From a virus (lineage: Duplodnaviria; Caudoviricetes), in IMG/VR virus record IMGVR_UViG_3300044501_000024, positions 1 to 60,268 of that record: DNA of 60,268 nucleotides; one strand, 5' to 3'. The notes below the pieces were generated by a model. That model was not told the DNA's origin. It did no database searches and worked only from the letters and a program-made list of their open reading frames with translations. Shown one piece after another: positions 37,918-47,394 of this stretch (position 1 is its first letter; the number at the start of each line of letters is the position of its first letter). Both the position numbers and the translations under genes were made by a program.

Positions 37918-39240
37918 GTGAGAGGCATCAGCCGCGTAGTCGACCTGGTCAAGGCCCGTGCGTTCTTCGACACGCTGCGCGGGCCGCGCGCGGTCTCCCG
38001 GGACCTTGGGCTCCCGGTGGAGCTGGCTGACAGTCACGACCGCGACGCGTTCGGCCGCCTCCGCACGTCGCAACCCTACGTGCTGTTCGATGCGCAGAAC
38101 GAGTACAACGCCAGCAATCTGTTCTGGGAAGACAAGCTGACCGGCACGGCGACCGCCGGGTTCCTGCCCAACGAGTCGGCGATCGACTTGACGGTGTCGG
38201 CGAACGGCGACAAGGCCATCAGGCAATCGCGGCAGTACCTCCGGTACCAGCCGTTACGGTCGCACCTCGTGGTGCTGACCACGGTCCCCGGGGAGCCGGA
38301 GATCGACCTGCGGCGGCGGTGGGGGCTGTTCGACGACCAGAATGGGATCTTCTTCGAATCCCTGGGGAGCACGGTGTCCATCGTGCGACGCAGCTTCACA
38401 TCGGGTGGCGTCGTGGACGACGCCGTCCCACAATCGCAGTGGGGCGTCGCCAGAGGGACTGATCGCCTCGACGGGAGCGGGCTATCTCGGTTCTCGCTGA
38501 GCCAGTTGTTCAACAACATCTACGCGATGGACCTTCAGTGGTTGAGCGCTGGAGCCGTACGCGTAGGGGTCATGGTGGGCCGCGAGCTGCTGTATGCGCA
38601 CGAGTTCGCGAACGAAAACACGCTGACCACTCCCTACATGACGACGGCCAACCTCCCGGTCAGGTACGAGATCGAGGCTCTAGCGGCGCCTGGCGCCACC
38701 AAGCACCTGAAGTCGATCTGCGCCGCAGTGGTCTCGGAAGGCGGGTTCGAGATCGAACGCGGGATCCCGAATAGCGTGGCGATGACCGCGGTCAAGAGCG
38801 TGCCCATCGCCTCGGGGCGAGTCCCGCTCATCTCCATCCGCCCCAAGTCGACGTTCGGCCCCTCGGCGAAGGTGGTGCGCGGCCAGATCATTCCGGAGAG
38901 CATCGCGCCCATCGCGGGTAGCGGGAGCGCGTTGATCACAGCGGTCTACAACCCGACGACGCTGACCGCAGCGGCCTTCGCGTCGGCGGGGACCGACTCG
39001 ATCGTCGACTTCGACACGGCGGCCACCGCGATCACCGGGGGCACCGTGTTGCCCTTCCAGTTCTACGCGAGCGGCGCGGCGGCCGGGGCCCGCGGCGTGG
39101 CGCTGCCCGATCTGCTCAGCCGACTGCCGTTGACCCTGGACATAGCCGGGGCCAACCCGATTGCCCTCACCATCTGCGCACAGAGTCTCGGCGGGACGAT
39201 CGACGCGGCAGCGGCCATCAACTTCAGGGAGCTGTACTGA
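37918..39240 (+). CDS. Putative virion structural protein
   Basis: DAFGRLRTSQPYVLFD, RYQP, WGLFDDQNGIFF, DLQWLSAG and TANLPVRYEI motifs of a widespread phage structural family. Confidence 0.7.
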   Translation: MRGISRVVDLVKARAFFDTLRGPRAVSRDLGLPVELADSHDRDAFGRLRTSQPYVLFDAQNEYNASNLFWEDKLTGTATAGFLPNESAIDLTVSANGDKAIRQSRQYLRYQPLRSHLVVLTTVPGEPEIDLRRRWGLFDDQNGIFFESLGSTVSIVRRSFTSGGVVDDAVPQSQWGVARGTDRLDGSGLSRFSLSQLFNNIYAMDLQWLSAGAVRVGVMVGRELLYAHEFANENTLTTPYMTTANLPVRYEIEALAAPGATKHLKSICAAVVSEGGFEIERGIPNSVAMTAVKSVPIASGRVPLISIRPKSTFGPSAKVVRGQIIPESIAPIAGSGSALITAVYNPTTLTAAAFASAGTDSIVDFDTAATAITGGTVLPFQFYASGAAAGARGVALPDLLSRLPLTLDIAGANPIALTICAQSLGGTIDAAAAINFRELY

Positions 39241-40187
39241 TGTCGCTCTCCGAGATCTCGGGAAGCAACCGCGCGGTTCAGGACACGATCAACGCCGTAG
39301 GGCCTGTGGCGACGCTCATGCTACCGGTCAGCGGGTTCGGGGCTGCCGGATTCTCGCTTGCGCCCGGCACGCTGTCGGCCGCGATGCGCCCGGAGGTCAG
39401 CTTCGACGGCAAGGACACGTGGTGGCCATGGGCGTTCGAAGATCCGCTGACCGGCAGCGTGCTTTCGTCGCTCGTCGTGACCAGCCCAAATGCCGCGCGG
39501 TCGTTGTCGATCCGGCCGCCTGGCGGCACGACACACGTCAGGATCAACGTCACGGCCTACACATCTGGTTCGGCCACCGCGATCCTCGTGCTGACGGAGG
39601 TCGCCGCTCTCTCGCTGCGCCCCACGACTCTTCCGTCATTCGTCTCGGTCTACAGGAGTGCGGCGCGCCCCTACGCGTTGTCGTCCGCCATGGGCGCGAA
39701 CAGCCGGAAGCAGTACGCGACGATCCACCATGCGGCGAGCGCCGCGAAGAACGTGAGGCTCCGTCACGTGTGGATGGCCATCGAGAGCAGCTCGGCGAAC
39801 AACATCGTGGTCGCCGAGCTGCGAAGGATCACTGCGGCCCCGGCCACCGGGAACCCGACGATCACCCCCGGACCCGACTCGGCGGCGGACGCGGTGGAGG
39901 CCACGTGCCTCGCGCTCCCGACGACGCCCGGCACCGAGGCCGGCCTCCTGTCGATGCTCGAATGGGACTTCACGAGGGGCCCGGCCGCGAGCTACCCGAT
40001 GCCGCCTCCCGCCTTGCAGTGGACTGACCTGCTGAGTCCGTCGCTCGGCGGCTACTCGCCGGACGTCGAACGGCGGCTGCCGACGATCAGAGCGGGGGTG
40101 CTGGAGGGGTACGCGGTGACTCTCGACGTAGCGGTGGCCGCCACGATCAAGGGGTACATCGAGATCGAGTTCACGGAATGGCCGTAG
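39240..40187 (+). CDS. Putative virion structural protein
   Basis: TGATG overlap. Beta-rich, VRINVTAYTSGSAT motif. Confidence 0.6.
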   Translation: MSLSEISGSNRAVQDTINAVGPVATLMLPVSGFGAAGFSLAPGTLSAAMRPEVSFDGKDTWWPWAFEDPLTGSVLSSLVVTSPNAARSLSIRPPGGTTHVRINVTAYTSGSATAILVLTEVAALSLRPTTLPSFVSVYRSAARPYALSSAMGANSRKQYATIHHAASAAKNVRLRHVWMAIESSSANNIVVAELRRITAAPATGNPTITPGPDSAADAVEATCLALPTTPGTEAGLLSMLEWDFTRGPAASYPMPPPALQWTDLLSPSLGGYSPDVERRLPTIRAGVLEGYAVTLDVAVAATIKGYIEIEFTEWP

Positions 40188-40188
40188 G

Positions 40189-40437
40189 TCATGGCCCAGG
40201 GGACATGCAGGCGTCGTTCTTCCTGTAGTTCACCGGCCGTGTCCACACGCCGATGGTCGCTGCAAGGTCCCCGACGCATTCTGCGGCCACCTCAGACATG
40301 TGAGAGGCCACCAGATAGAGCTGTTGTCGATCGCGCTCGATCGTCGCGCACCGCGCCCGCTCCCTTACCGTGGCGATCGAGAACCCGAGAGCGAAGACCG
40401 ATGACAACAGCAGCAGTTTGGCGAGCGGTATCCTCAT
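40189..40437 (-). CDS. Small membrane-anchored protein
   Basis: Hydrophobic N-terminus. ATGA overlap with the upstream peptidase. Confidence 0.5.
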   Translation of the reverse strand: MRIPLAKLLLLSSVFALGFSIATVRERARCATIERDRQQLYLVASHMSEVAAECVGDLAATIGVWTRPVNYRKNDACMSPGP

Positions 40438-40937
40438 GGCGCGAACAGCAAGGCTCCGGCCCAGGTGTTCGCGCAGCCGATTGCCTTGCGCTCCATGTCG
40501 TACCACTCGTCTTCGTTCAGGGCGCCACGCGACACGCGCTCCGCGTCGAGCGCCGCATGGCAGGTCTCGTGGTAGGCGGTCCACAGCACGACGCCGTTCT
40601 TGGCTTTCTTCAGCCAGGCCGGGTCGTAGTAGACGGTCCACCCGGCGCGTACCGAGCCGTTGATGTAGGCCACGGGGCTCCACTTCTTCAGCGCCTTCTT
40701 CCCCAGTAGCTGCCCCAACCGGGCGAGGTACTCGTCCGGGATCCCGCTCGTCAGCGGCTCGGCCACGATCGACTCCCTGACCCCCAGGTTGCAGCGAGCC
40801 TGTTGCAGTAGCACGTTGAACCGCGCGTGACGACGACCGGCCTGCACCTCTTCTTTCGACGGCCGGAACTCGATCGGCCCTGACTCGACGTGAGCCTGGC
40901 CCAGGGACAGCAACAAGACGGCGAGCGCTGCGTTCAT
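40434..40937 (-). CDS. Exported zincin-like metallopeptidase
   Basis: Signal-like MNAALAVLLLSLGQA, HETCH motif plus downstream E (ERKA). GGAGG RBS. Confidence 0.6.
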   Translation of the reverse strand: MNAALAVLLLSLGQAHVESGPIEFRPSKEEVQAGRRHARFNVLLQQARCNLGVRESIVAEPLTSGIPDEYLARLGQLLGKKALKKWSPVAYINGSVRAGWTVYYDPAWLKKAKNGVVLWTAYHETCHAALDAERVSRGALNEDEWYDMERKAIGCANTWAGALLFAP

Positions 40938-40957
40938 CGTTCCTCCCACTCGATCTC

Positions 40958-40987
40958 AGGCTACCGTAGGTGTCAGTCTGGTGTCAA
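40958..40987 (-). promoter_or_regulatory. Promoter TTGACA-N5-CTGACA-N7-TAGCCT
   Basis: Read directly on the minus strand upstream of 40937. Confidence 0.75.
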
Positions 40988-40994
40988 GTCATTC

Positions 40995-41016
40995 AGCGAT
41001 GCTATACAGCATCGCT
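40995..41016 (-). terminator. 9-bp hairpin AGCGATGCT/AGCATCGCT
   Basis: At the end of the upstream minus-strand operon. Confidence 0.45.
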
Positions 41017-41350
41017 ATGGCATCAAGTCGAGGATCCCCGGCAAGTCCGCGCTCTGCGCCCACTCCAGCACGTCGCACTCGACTCCGAATCCGTCGCGCG
41101 CCGCGGTCTCCAGGAACCGCTGCTTGAAGGTCTGGTGTACGCGCAGCGCTCGTGACATCTCGACGCCGGCCTCCAGCAGCACGCCGAGCGCGAGCTGCGA
41201 TGGGCCGCTACCGCCATATCCCCATTCGAACCCGTTGGGCGAATGGTTCCAAACCTGCTGCGAGCGATGCGGGATCAGCGGGCGACCGTCGAACAGCACG
41301 CTCACCGTCCCGTCGTCGTTGCGGATCCCGTGGATCGTGTTCACCGGCAT
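41015..41350 (-). CDS. DUF6166-like protein
   Basis: NHSPNGFEWGYGGSGPSQLAL signature recognised from memory. Confidence 0.75.
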   Translation of the reverse strand: MPVNTIHGIRNDDGTVSVLFDGRPLIPHRSQQVWNHSPNGFEWGYGGSGPSQLALGVLLEAGVEMSRALRVHQTFKQRFLETAARDGFGVECDVLEWAQSADLPGILDLMP

Positions 41351-43175
41351 TGCGCTCTCCGCTGCTGGAAGGTGCGCCAAGCGCCTCGGCCAGCTTCCAA
41401 GACGTGGGCGGTCCACACGTCCCTGCTCTCCGGAGCCAATTCTCTGGCCAGGGTGACGAGCGCCGCGTGGGCCCTGGAGCAGGCTGCGCAGCAGGCCTCT
41501 GCGAGGGCGTAGCGGGGGACCCATGATCTCCCACACGTCCGGCAGCGCCTTGTGGCCTTGGGGGCGTTCCTAGTGTTTTTCTTCCGAGGCATTATGCGCT
41601 CCAGCTTGAAGGCCACGAACCAAGCCCTCCAAGACTTCGATCTTCTTGCGGAGGATCCCTGTGGCGTTCAGCAGCACCTGGTAGATCTCCTCTTCGAGCA
41701 TCGCCTGGAACGTGGCGCGGTCCGTGGCCACCCGCGGCGACGGCTCGTCGAGCACCGGCTCCTGGAGCCAGCAGTCCACGAACCTGGCCGCTGCATGTCG
41801 TGCGAGACGCTCTTCCAGTGCCATCAGCTCTTCTCGCAGAGCGGCTTGCCGTCGACCAGCGGATGGCCGCAGGTGGCCCAGTCCTTGGGCTGCGTCGCGT
41901 GCCCCGTGCCGTGGCCTGAGTGCCGTAGGCAGTAGCGGCCGTTGCACGTAGGGCAGACGCCACCGGAGGCGAGGCGCTCGCACGACGGGCCGAACGAGCA
42001 GAGGATCTTCACTGGGCTGCCCGCCTGAGCCATCGGCCTCGGGCGTCGCGCTGGAGCTGCTTCTTGGTCACGGCCTCTTTGAAGTACAGCAGGCCGGGGC
42101 GCGAGCGTATCAACGGGCGCTCGGGGCTCTTGCCGTCGACGATCCGCCGCTGCACCTGGGCGACGTACTCCGCGCTGTAGTCGTCGTCGGCCTCGCGCGG
42201 CTTCCGCCGCAGCTCTTGCTCCACGCGATGCGCGTTGACGTAGAGCGGCGGCGTGTCGAAGAACAGGGAGACCAGCCAGTCCTTGAGGCCGTCGACCACC
42301 GCCCACAGCCTGGTGAGCTTCACAACTGAGTCGCCAACGCCAGGAAGGCGACGATGATCACCAGCTTCACGACGAACAGCAGGAGGATCCACTTCAGCAA
42401 CTGTCCGATTACCTGTCCCATCACGCACCCCTTTCGATCTTCCCGATCGCCGAGTTCCACAGCCGAATGAGCCGCTCTACGTCTCGCGTCGGGAGGATGT
42501 CGAGCGCCTTCCCGAAGACCGGGGCCACGGCCACGATCGCCACACGGCGTTCCTTCAGTCGTTCGCTTTTCTTCAAGGTTCCTCCCAGTCGGCGCCGCAC
42601 GCCGTGCAACGCCAGAGTAGTCCGTCGTCCGAGAACGCGATGGCCAAGCAACCCGAGGGGCAGCCTCCGCGACGGTAACGCAGCGGCCTAGTGATCTCGC
42701 GGTGACCTGCGCACTCGCAGGTGGCCGGATGATCGTCGAGAATGCTCTGGTCCAGCACGTCGCCCATGCTACGCCTCTACCATCGACAGCAGTTCCGGAT
42801 CCACGGTCAGCGGCAGTTTCGAGACCGGATGAGCGGCGTCCGCCCACTCGAAGATCATCTCTCGTACCTCCGGCGGCTGGCCAGAGAGCAGCCGTTCGGC
42901 GCTCAGCCAGGCTCGCCCGAGGTAGATCCCGGTGAACACCCATCCGGTGAACGTCGGGACGGCTACTGGGCGTCGCATGCGCCGAGTCCCTCTGGCCGTT
43001 CGGCGCCGCACACCGGGCACGCCTTGCAAGAGCCAGCCCGGATCCGTCCGCAGCAGCGCCACTCTCCCGACCGCAGGACGCCCGGGCCGACGAAGGAACT
43101 CGACGTGGTGACCCGTGTGGCCTTCGTCGTCGGCCTGGCGATCGGCCTGGTCTCGTCGACGTCGCGGTTCTTCAC
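41341..43175 (-). other. Cluster of small early hypothetical genes, several with CxxC/zinc motifs and one TM peptide (42320-42421)
   Basis: Overlapping minus-strand ORFs. Individual starts are uncertain. Confidence 0.55.
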
Positions 43176-43573
43176 GCGGCGCCCCCCTTCAGCTTGTCCA
43201 GCCACTCGCGTTTCAGGCCGCGCACCGCGTGGAACAGCCGGGCCATGGCATCGGTCTCCGGATCGCCCAGGCCAGAGGCCCGAAGGTACGCGCCCCAGGA
43301 TTCCTCCCAACTCTCCAGGTGGTCTACGTCGTGGAGCTTTCCGTTCAGCATGACCACGACGTACCCGCCATCCGCGCGATCGACGCCGTGGACCGTGGCG
43401 TAGAACGCGCCCTTGGTCTTCGCGCTGTCGTTGGCGACGTACCGGAAGGTCGAGGTCGTCTCGTACTTCTTTCCCTCCAGGAAGTCGATGAGCACGATCC
43501 GATGCAGCCAGTGCAGCCGGTGCTCTTTCTCGTACTCTTCGACCGCCGCCGCCTTCGTCTTGAACTTGGTCAT
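43172..43573 (-). CDS. Hypothetical early protein
   Basis: First gene after promoter 43594-43623. Biased codons. Confidence 0.7.
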   Translation of the reverse strand: MTKFKTKAAAVEEYEKEHRLHWLHRIVLIDFLEGKKYETTSTFRYVANDSAKTKGAFYATVHGVDRADGGYVVVMLNGKLHDVDHLESWEESWGAYLRASGLGDPETDAMARLFHAVRGLKREWLDKLKGGAA

Positions 43574-43593
43574 TTCCTACTCTCCCAAAAGTG

Positions 43594-43623
43594 AGGGTAC
43601 CACAACTGTCAGCGGCGTGTCAA
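43594..43623 (-). promoter_or_regulatory. Promoter TTGACA-N5-CTGACA-N7-TACCCT
   Basis: Preceded by ATAAGGC as in the 46710 copy. Confidence 0.8.
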
Positions 43624-43634
43624 GCCTTATCTGG

Positions 43635-43889
43635 CTAGGGGGTATCGTCGTCGTGGGCGCTGCTGGACTTGTCGTCCCGAATCCGCTCCAGCAGCTTCGC
43701 GCCCTGCTCGTCGAACCCGAGCTTCCCCGCGCTCTCCTCCAGTTCGATGAACTCACGGCCCACCTCGAACCCGGTCAGGACATAGCCCTCCCCGAGCCCC
43801 ACGCTGGAGTCCCCCTCCACCCACGTCAAAACCAGCGAGGCGTCCACCCGCAACTCCTGCCCATCTTTCGGCATCGCGTTACTCCCCAT
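43635..43889 (-). CDS. Small acidic hypothetical protein
   Basis: ORF between the TOPRIM gene and the promoter. Confidence 0.5.
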   Translation of the reverse strand: MGSNAMPKDGQELRVDASLVLTWVEGDSSVGLGEGYVLTGFEVGREFIELEESAGKLGFDEQGAKLLERIRDDKSSSAHDDDTP

Positions 43890-44787
43890 CCTTCAAGAAC
43901 TCCACCACGTCGCCCCAACGCCCGGCTGCGTCGGCGAGAGCGGCGCGTTGCCCAAGCTCGACGGTCAGGGATTCTTCCCACGGACCCGAGTCGAGGTTGA
44001 CCCGAATAGCATTGCGGATTAGGTCTGTGATCACGCTCGGCTCCAGGGCATCCAGTTCCCAGCTCTCGTCGCCGTGCTCCCTGGTGTACGCACCATAGCG
44101 CGAGTCTGTGGTCTTCGCCGGATTCGGTGGCGGGCTGTATCTCGCTACCTGGTCCTCGTTGAGGGCCAGACGCTCGAAGTGAACCTCGCCGTCCGTGAAC
44201 AACGCGAGGCGGTCTTGGATGTCTCGGCTCATGTCGATTCCGCTGGGGTCGTGATCCCCAAGGTGAAGTACGAGTGCTTCCTGCCCGTTCTTCTCGTACT
44301 CGATCAACCGCTGTGCGGCAACCCACATCTCCGATTGGCTCGTGTAGCCCCGGCAGGAGAAGTACGGGACGCGCAGCTCGTTGCACACGCCTTCGACCAC
44401 ACCGGCCAACGCGTCCTTTTCGATCCATACCTCTGGGCGGTACGGTTGGGCCCCCCACAGATCGTTGCGGAACTGCTTGGCAGCGTCCGACACGATCTCG
44501 GACGGATCGTCCCACGTGGCCAAGCTGCGCAGACCGCGAGTTCTGTCGATGATGCTGAGCCAGTCGATCAGGCCCGCGAGACGCGCGTCGTTCACGACGC
44601 CACCCAACTGCTTGTACGCGCGTTGGGAGTTAGGGATCAGGTCGCGCGAAACAAACTGGTAGTACAACTGGCGCAGCGTCAGGTTGAATCCCTGGGCCTC
44701 GTATTCGCTGATGATCGCGTTCGCCTGTAGCACCGTGGCGAGCCGGGAGGAGCCGAGGTTGATGTCGCGGTACTTGATCTTAGGCAT
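43879..44787 (-). CDS. Topoisomerase VI subunit A/JetD-like TOPRIM-domain protein
   Basis: LTLRQLYYQ winged helix, EVWIEKDAL, LGDHDPSG (DxD) and WELDAL motifs. Confidence 0.8.
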   Translation of the reverse strand: MPKIKYRDINLGSSRLATVLQANAIISEYEAQGFNLTLRQLYYQFVSRDLIPNSQRAYKQLGGVVNDARLAGLIDWLSIIDRTRGLRSLATWDDPSEIVSDAAKQFRNDLWGAQPYRPEVWIEKDALAGVVEGVCNELRVPYFSCRGYTSQSEMWVAAQRLIEYEKNGQEALVLHLGDHDPSGIDMSRDIQDRLALFTDGEVHFERLALNEDQVARYSPPPNPAKTTDSRYGAYTREHGDESWELDALEPSVITDLIRNAIRVNLDSGPWEESLTVELGQRAALADAAGRWGDVVEFLKDGE

Positions 44788-45001
44788 TGAGCGTGGCCTC
44801 GCGTTCTAGCGTCGCGTCCAGATGCGCCTTGAACCCAAGGTCGTACTCGCCACCGTTGACCAGCAGGAATGGGGCAAGGCTGGAGACGGTCGCGTAGCGG
44901 CCGTACGCGGCGTCCCAGCCGAACTCGGCCACGAACTCACGGGCGTGCTCGGCTCCCAACCAAAACAGCTCGACCCTCGCGTCGGCCAGGCTCTTGGTCA
45001 T
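44780..45001 (-). CDS. Hypothetical protein
   Basis: ATGA overlap and GGAG RBS. Confidence 0.55.
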   Translation of the reverse strand: MTKSLADARVELFWLGAEHAREFVAEFGWDAAYGRYATVSSLAPFLLVNGGEYDLGFKAHLDATLEREATLNA

Positions 45002-45498
45002 TCGGTCTCCTCTCGGCCCTCGGCCTTAGTGATGGCGGCCTCGGCCAGCGCCTTCATGTCCTCGATGGTGTTCGCCGCGTGTTCCAGGGGGTCGCGACTG
45101 AAGCGCCCCTCGCCCTTGGCGATCTCGCGCAGCGCCTCTAGCATCTCGGGGGCTGCCGCGACGAGGCGGGCATTGGCGTAGGACACGGCCAACGCCTTCG
45201 AGTCTTCAGCGATCCACTGCTGAACCGTAGGAAGATGTGTCGTGCCTCGGGCGCGTGCCAGCAGCCGCACAGCCTCGGGCCAACGGCGGGCATCGGCCAA
45301 ACAAGAGGCAGCGCTGATGAGACTGACGACGGAATCCTCCACGCGACCCTCGGACAGGAGCCGTTCGGCAAGACGGGTTTCGAGGACGGCGACCTGAGTG
45401 GCAAGCGTCTCAACCTCCCGCCGGCCGCTGCCGCTGGCCCCCTGCTTCGACAGCAGTTCGATGAGCAGCCGGTTCTTCTCGCGGATCAGATCGTCCAT
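44998..45498 (-). CDS. Two-module protein: N-domain paralogous to 52032-52538, C-terminal ANARLVAAAPEMLEAL module
   Basis: Direct alignment with the 52032 ORF. Confidence 0.7.
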   Translation of the reverse strand: MDDLIREKNRLLIELLSKQGASGSGRREVETLATQVAVLETRLAERLLSEGRVEDSVVSLISAASCLADARRWPEAVRLLARARGTTHLPTVQQWIAEDSKALAVSYANARLVAAAPEMLEALREIAKGEGRFSRDPLEHAANTIEDMKALAEAAITKAEGREETE

Positions 45499-45683
45499 TT
45501 CTTGGCTCTCACGACTTGCTTGAACGTCTCGATCGCATCGAAGGCGCGGGTGGGCCAGTCCTGGGAGATGTGGTAGTTGCCTCCCCACATCCAGAGAATC
45601 CACGCCTTCCCGCTGCGGTCGGCGTTCGCTTGGGCCTGTCGCCTTGCGTCTTCGTAGTTCTTCACGTACATCGCACCCTCCAT

Positions 45684-45710
45684 GGGGCCCCCGGGTCTCC
45701 CCGGGGGCCC
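45684..45710 (-). terminator. GC hairpin after the DUF932 gene
   Basis: GGGCCCCCGGG/CCCGGGGGCCC stem. Confidence 0.5.
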
Positions 45711-45724
45711 GAGCAGGGTACGAG

Positions 45725-46687
45725 TCAGGCGGCCACCAGCTCCAGCGCCGTGTCCAGCGCCCGCTGGTTGAGCTTCGCGCTCTCCCCGTACCACAGGGAG
45801 TTGAGCCGGGTCTCCGGCGTCCGGCCGCGGTCGTAGCTGAGGTACTCGGTGATCCCGTTGTACGCGGCCCACAGCGTGCCCTCGACCCCGGGGATGTCCT
45901 GGCCGCGACCGCTGAAGATCTTGGCCAGCGCCTCGTCGATCAGCTTCTCGGACTGCTTCGTGTAGCCGTCGGCCGGCGGCTGCTCGGGGATCCCGAAGAC
46001 GACCTTGACGTACCGCAGGACGTCTTGCTGGTTGATGTGCCGGTGCGCGAGCAGCCGGTACTGCTCGGCCGTCGCCTCGAACGCCGCATTGATCGTGTCC
46101 ACGGTCTCGCGGATCGCCTCCAGGTTGACCTGGGCGGCCTTCGTGTGGCGGATGCGGATGAGCTGCGACCCGGCGTCGGCGTGGCTGGCGGCCAGGGTGT
46201 TGGCGCATACCACGCGGATCGGGGTGAACCCGACGCGGATCGCGAGCGTGCCGTCGTGCGAGTGCGAGAGCAGCAGGTACTTCTCGACGACGTCGTTCGG
46301 CAGGATGACCAGCGGATCGCGGTTGAGCTTCGCGAGGATCCAGACCCGGGAGCCGCCGCGCAGCGAGCCCGCCGTGTGCAACTGGGCCTCTCCCGCCTCC
46401 AGGAACGGCGCGAACCACTCGAAGGCCTTCTCGTTTTGCAGCACTTCGTAGCGGTCGCCGACCACCCCGAGGATCTTCTGGTCGGTGACCCGGCGCGTCG
46501 CGAACCCCTGGGGCACCGGCTGCCCGTTGTCGGCGGTCAGCAGCGGAACGCGCTCGACCTGCCAGTCGAGGCCGGCGGCCGTCAGGAACCGGCGGTAGTC
46601 ACGGCCCACCGCGTCGTCCACCTGGAGCCCAAGGCCGTGCCACGGGGTCGCTCCCTGATACGCGATCGACTCGATTTCGTGTGCCAT
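45725..46687 (-). CDS. DUF932 / TIGR03299-family phage-plasmid protein
   Basis: PWHGLG, AGLDWQV, TAGSLRGG, SHDG, TPIRVVCANTL and GTLWAAYNGITEY motifs. Confidence 0.9.
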   Translation of the reverse strand: MAHEIESIAYQGATPWHGLGLQVDDAVGRDYRRFLTAAGLDWQVERVPLLTADNGQPVPQGFATRRVTDQKILGVVGDRYEVLQNEKAFEWFAPFLEAGEAQLHTAGSLRGGSRVWILAKLNRDPLVILPNDVVEKYLLLSHSHDGTLAIRVGFTPIRVVCANTLAASHADAGSQLIRIRHTKAAQVNLEAIRETVDTINAAFEATAEQYRLLAHRHINQQDVLRYVKVVFGIPEQPPADGYTKQSEKLIDEALAKIFSGRGQDIPGVEGTLWAAYNGITEYLSYDRGRTPETRLNSLWYGESAKLNQRALDTALELVAA

Positions 46688-46709
46688 ATGTCCAGTCCTC
46701 CTAGGACAG

Positions 46710-46739
46710 AGTGTGGCACAAGTGTCAGGGACGTGTCAA
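46710..46739 (-). promoter_or_regulatory. Promoter TTGACA-N5-CTGACA-N7-CACACT
   Basis: Near-duplicate of the 43594 promoter. Followed by an AGGAGG RBS. Confidence 0.8.
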
Positions 46740-46758
46740 GCCTTATTTTAGCCTTACT

Positions 46759-47394
46759 TCAGCTCGTCCGTACCAGCATCTGCGACGTGGCCCAGGCCTG
46801 GGCGCGACGAGCGATGACCCCGGACGCGTCGCTGAGGCTCAGGGCCCATCGGTGCCGGGATCCTTTCTTATGCACAGTCACCTGCTCCCGGTTCACTTCC
46901 ACGATGCACAGCACGGGCTCGCCGTCCCCCAGGTTGACGCCCTCGACGAGGAACCGGTAGGTGTTGAACTTCTTCTTGCGCTTCTTGCCCTGGAGCTGGG
47001 GCGGCCTAGGCATCGTGGGACCTGGCCTTCCGGTCCTCGGCATCAAGTTCTGCGTCGTGCCTCAGCACAACCTCGCGAGCGTGCTGGTGCCAGCGCAACA
47101 CCGTGTCCCGCCCGTAGCGCTCGCCGCACGAGCAGCCATCGTACGTGATCCTATGGCCGAGGGCCAGGGCCTGCCGCCGGAACTTGTCCTCGTCCAGCGT
47201 CGTCCGACTCATGGGTCGCACTTTCTTCTGCTGTGAGCCTGGCACACGTGACGCCCGCACCGTCGGCAGATGGCGTACGTGAGGATCGGGCAGCGGAGCC
47301 CGACCACGCTCTGGTGGTAGCAGCGCATCGAGGCAGTAGTATGCCGCCGGGCAAAGGTGATGTCGTGACGACGGTAACGGCCTCTGCCTTTCAT
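46759..47394 (-). other. Small hypothetical genes (about 46759-47013, 47006-47212, 47209-47394)
   Basis: Overlapping ORFs, two with Cys/His zinc motifs. Confidence 0.5.
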
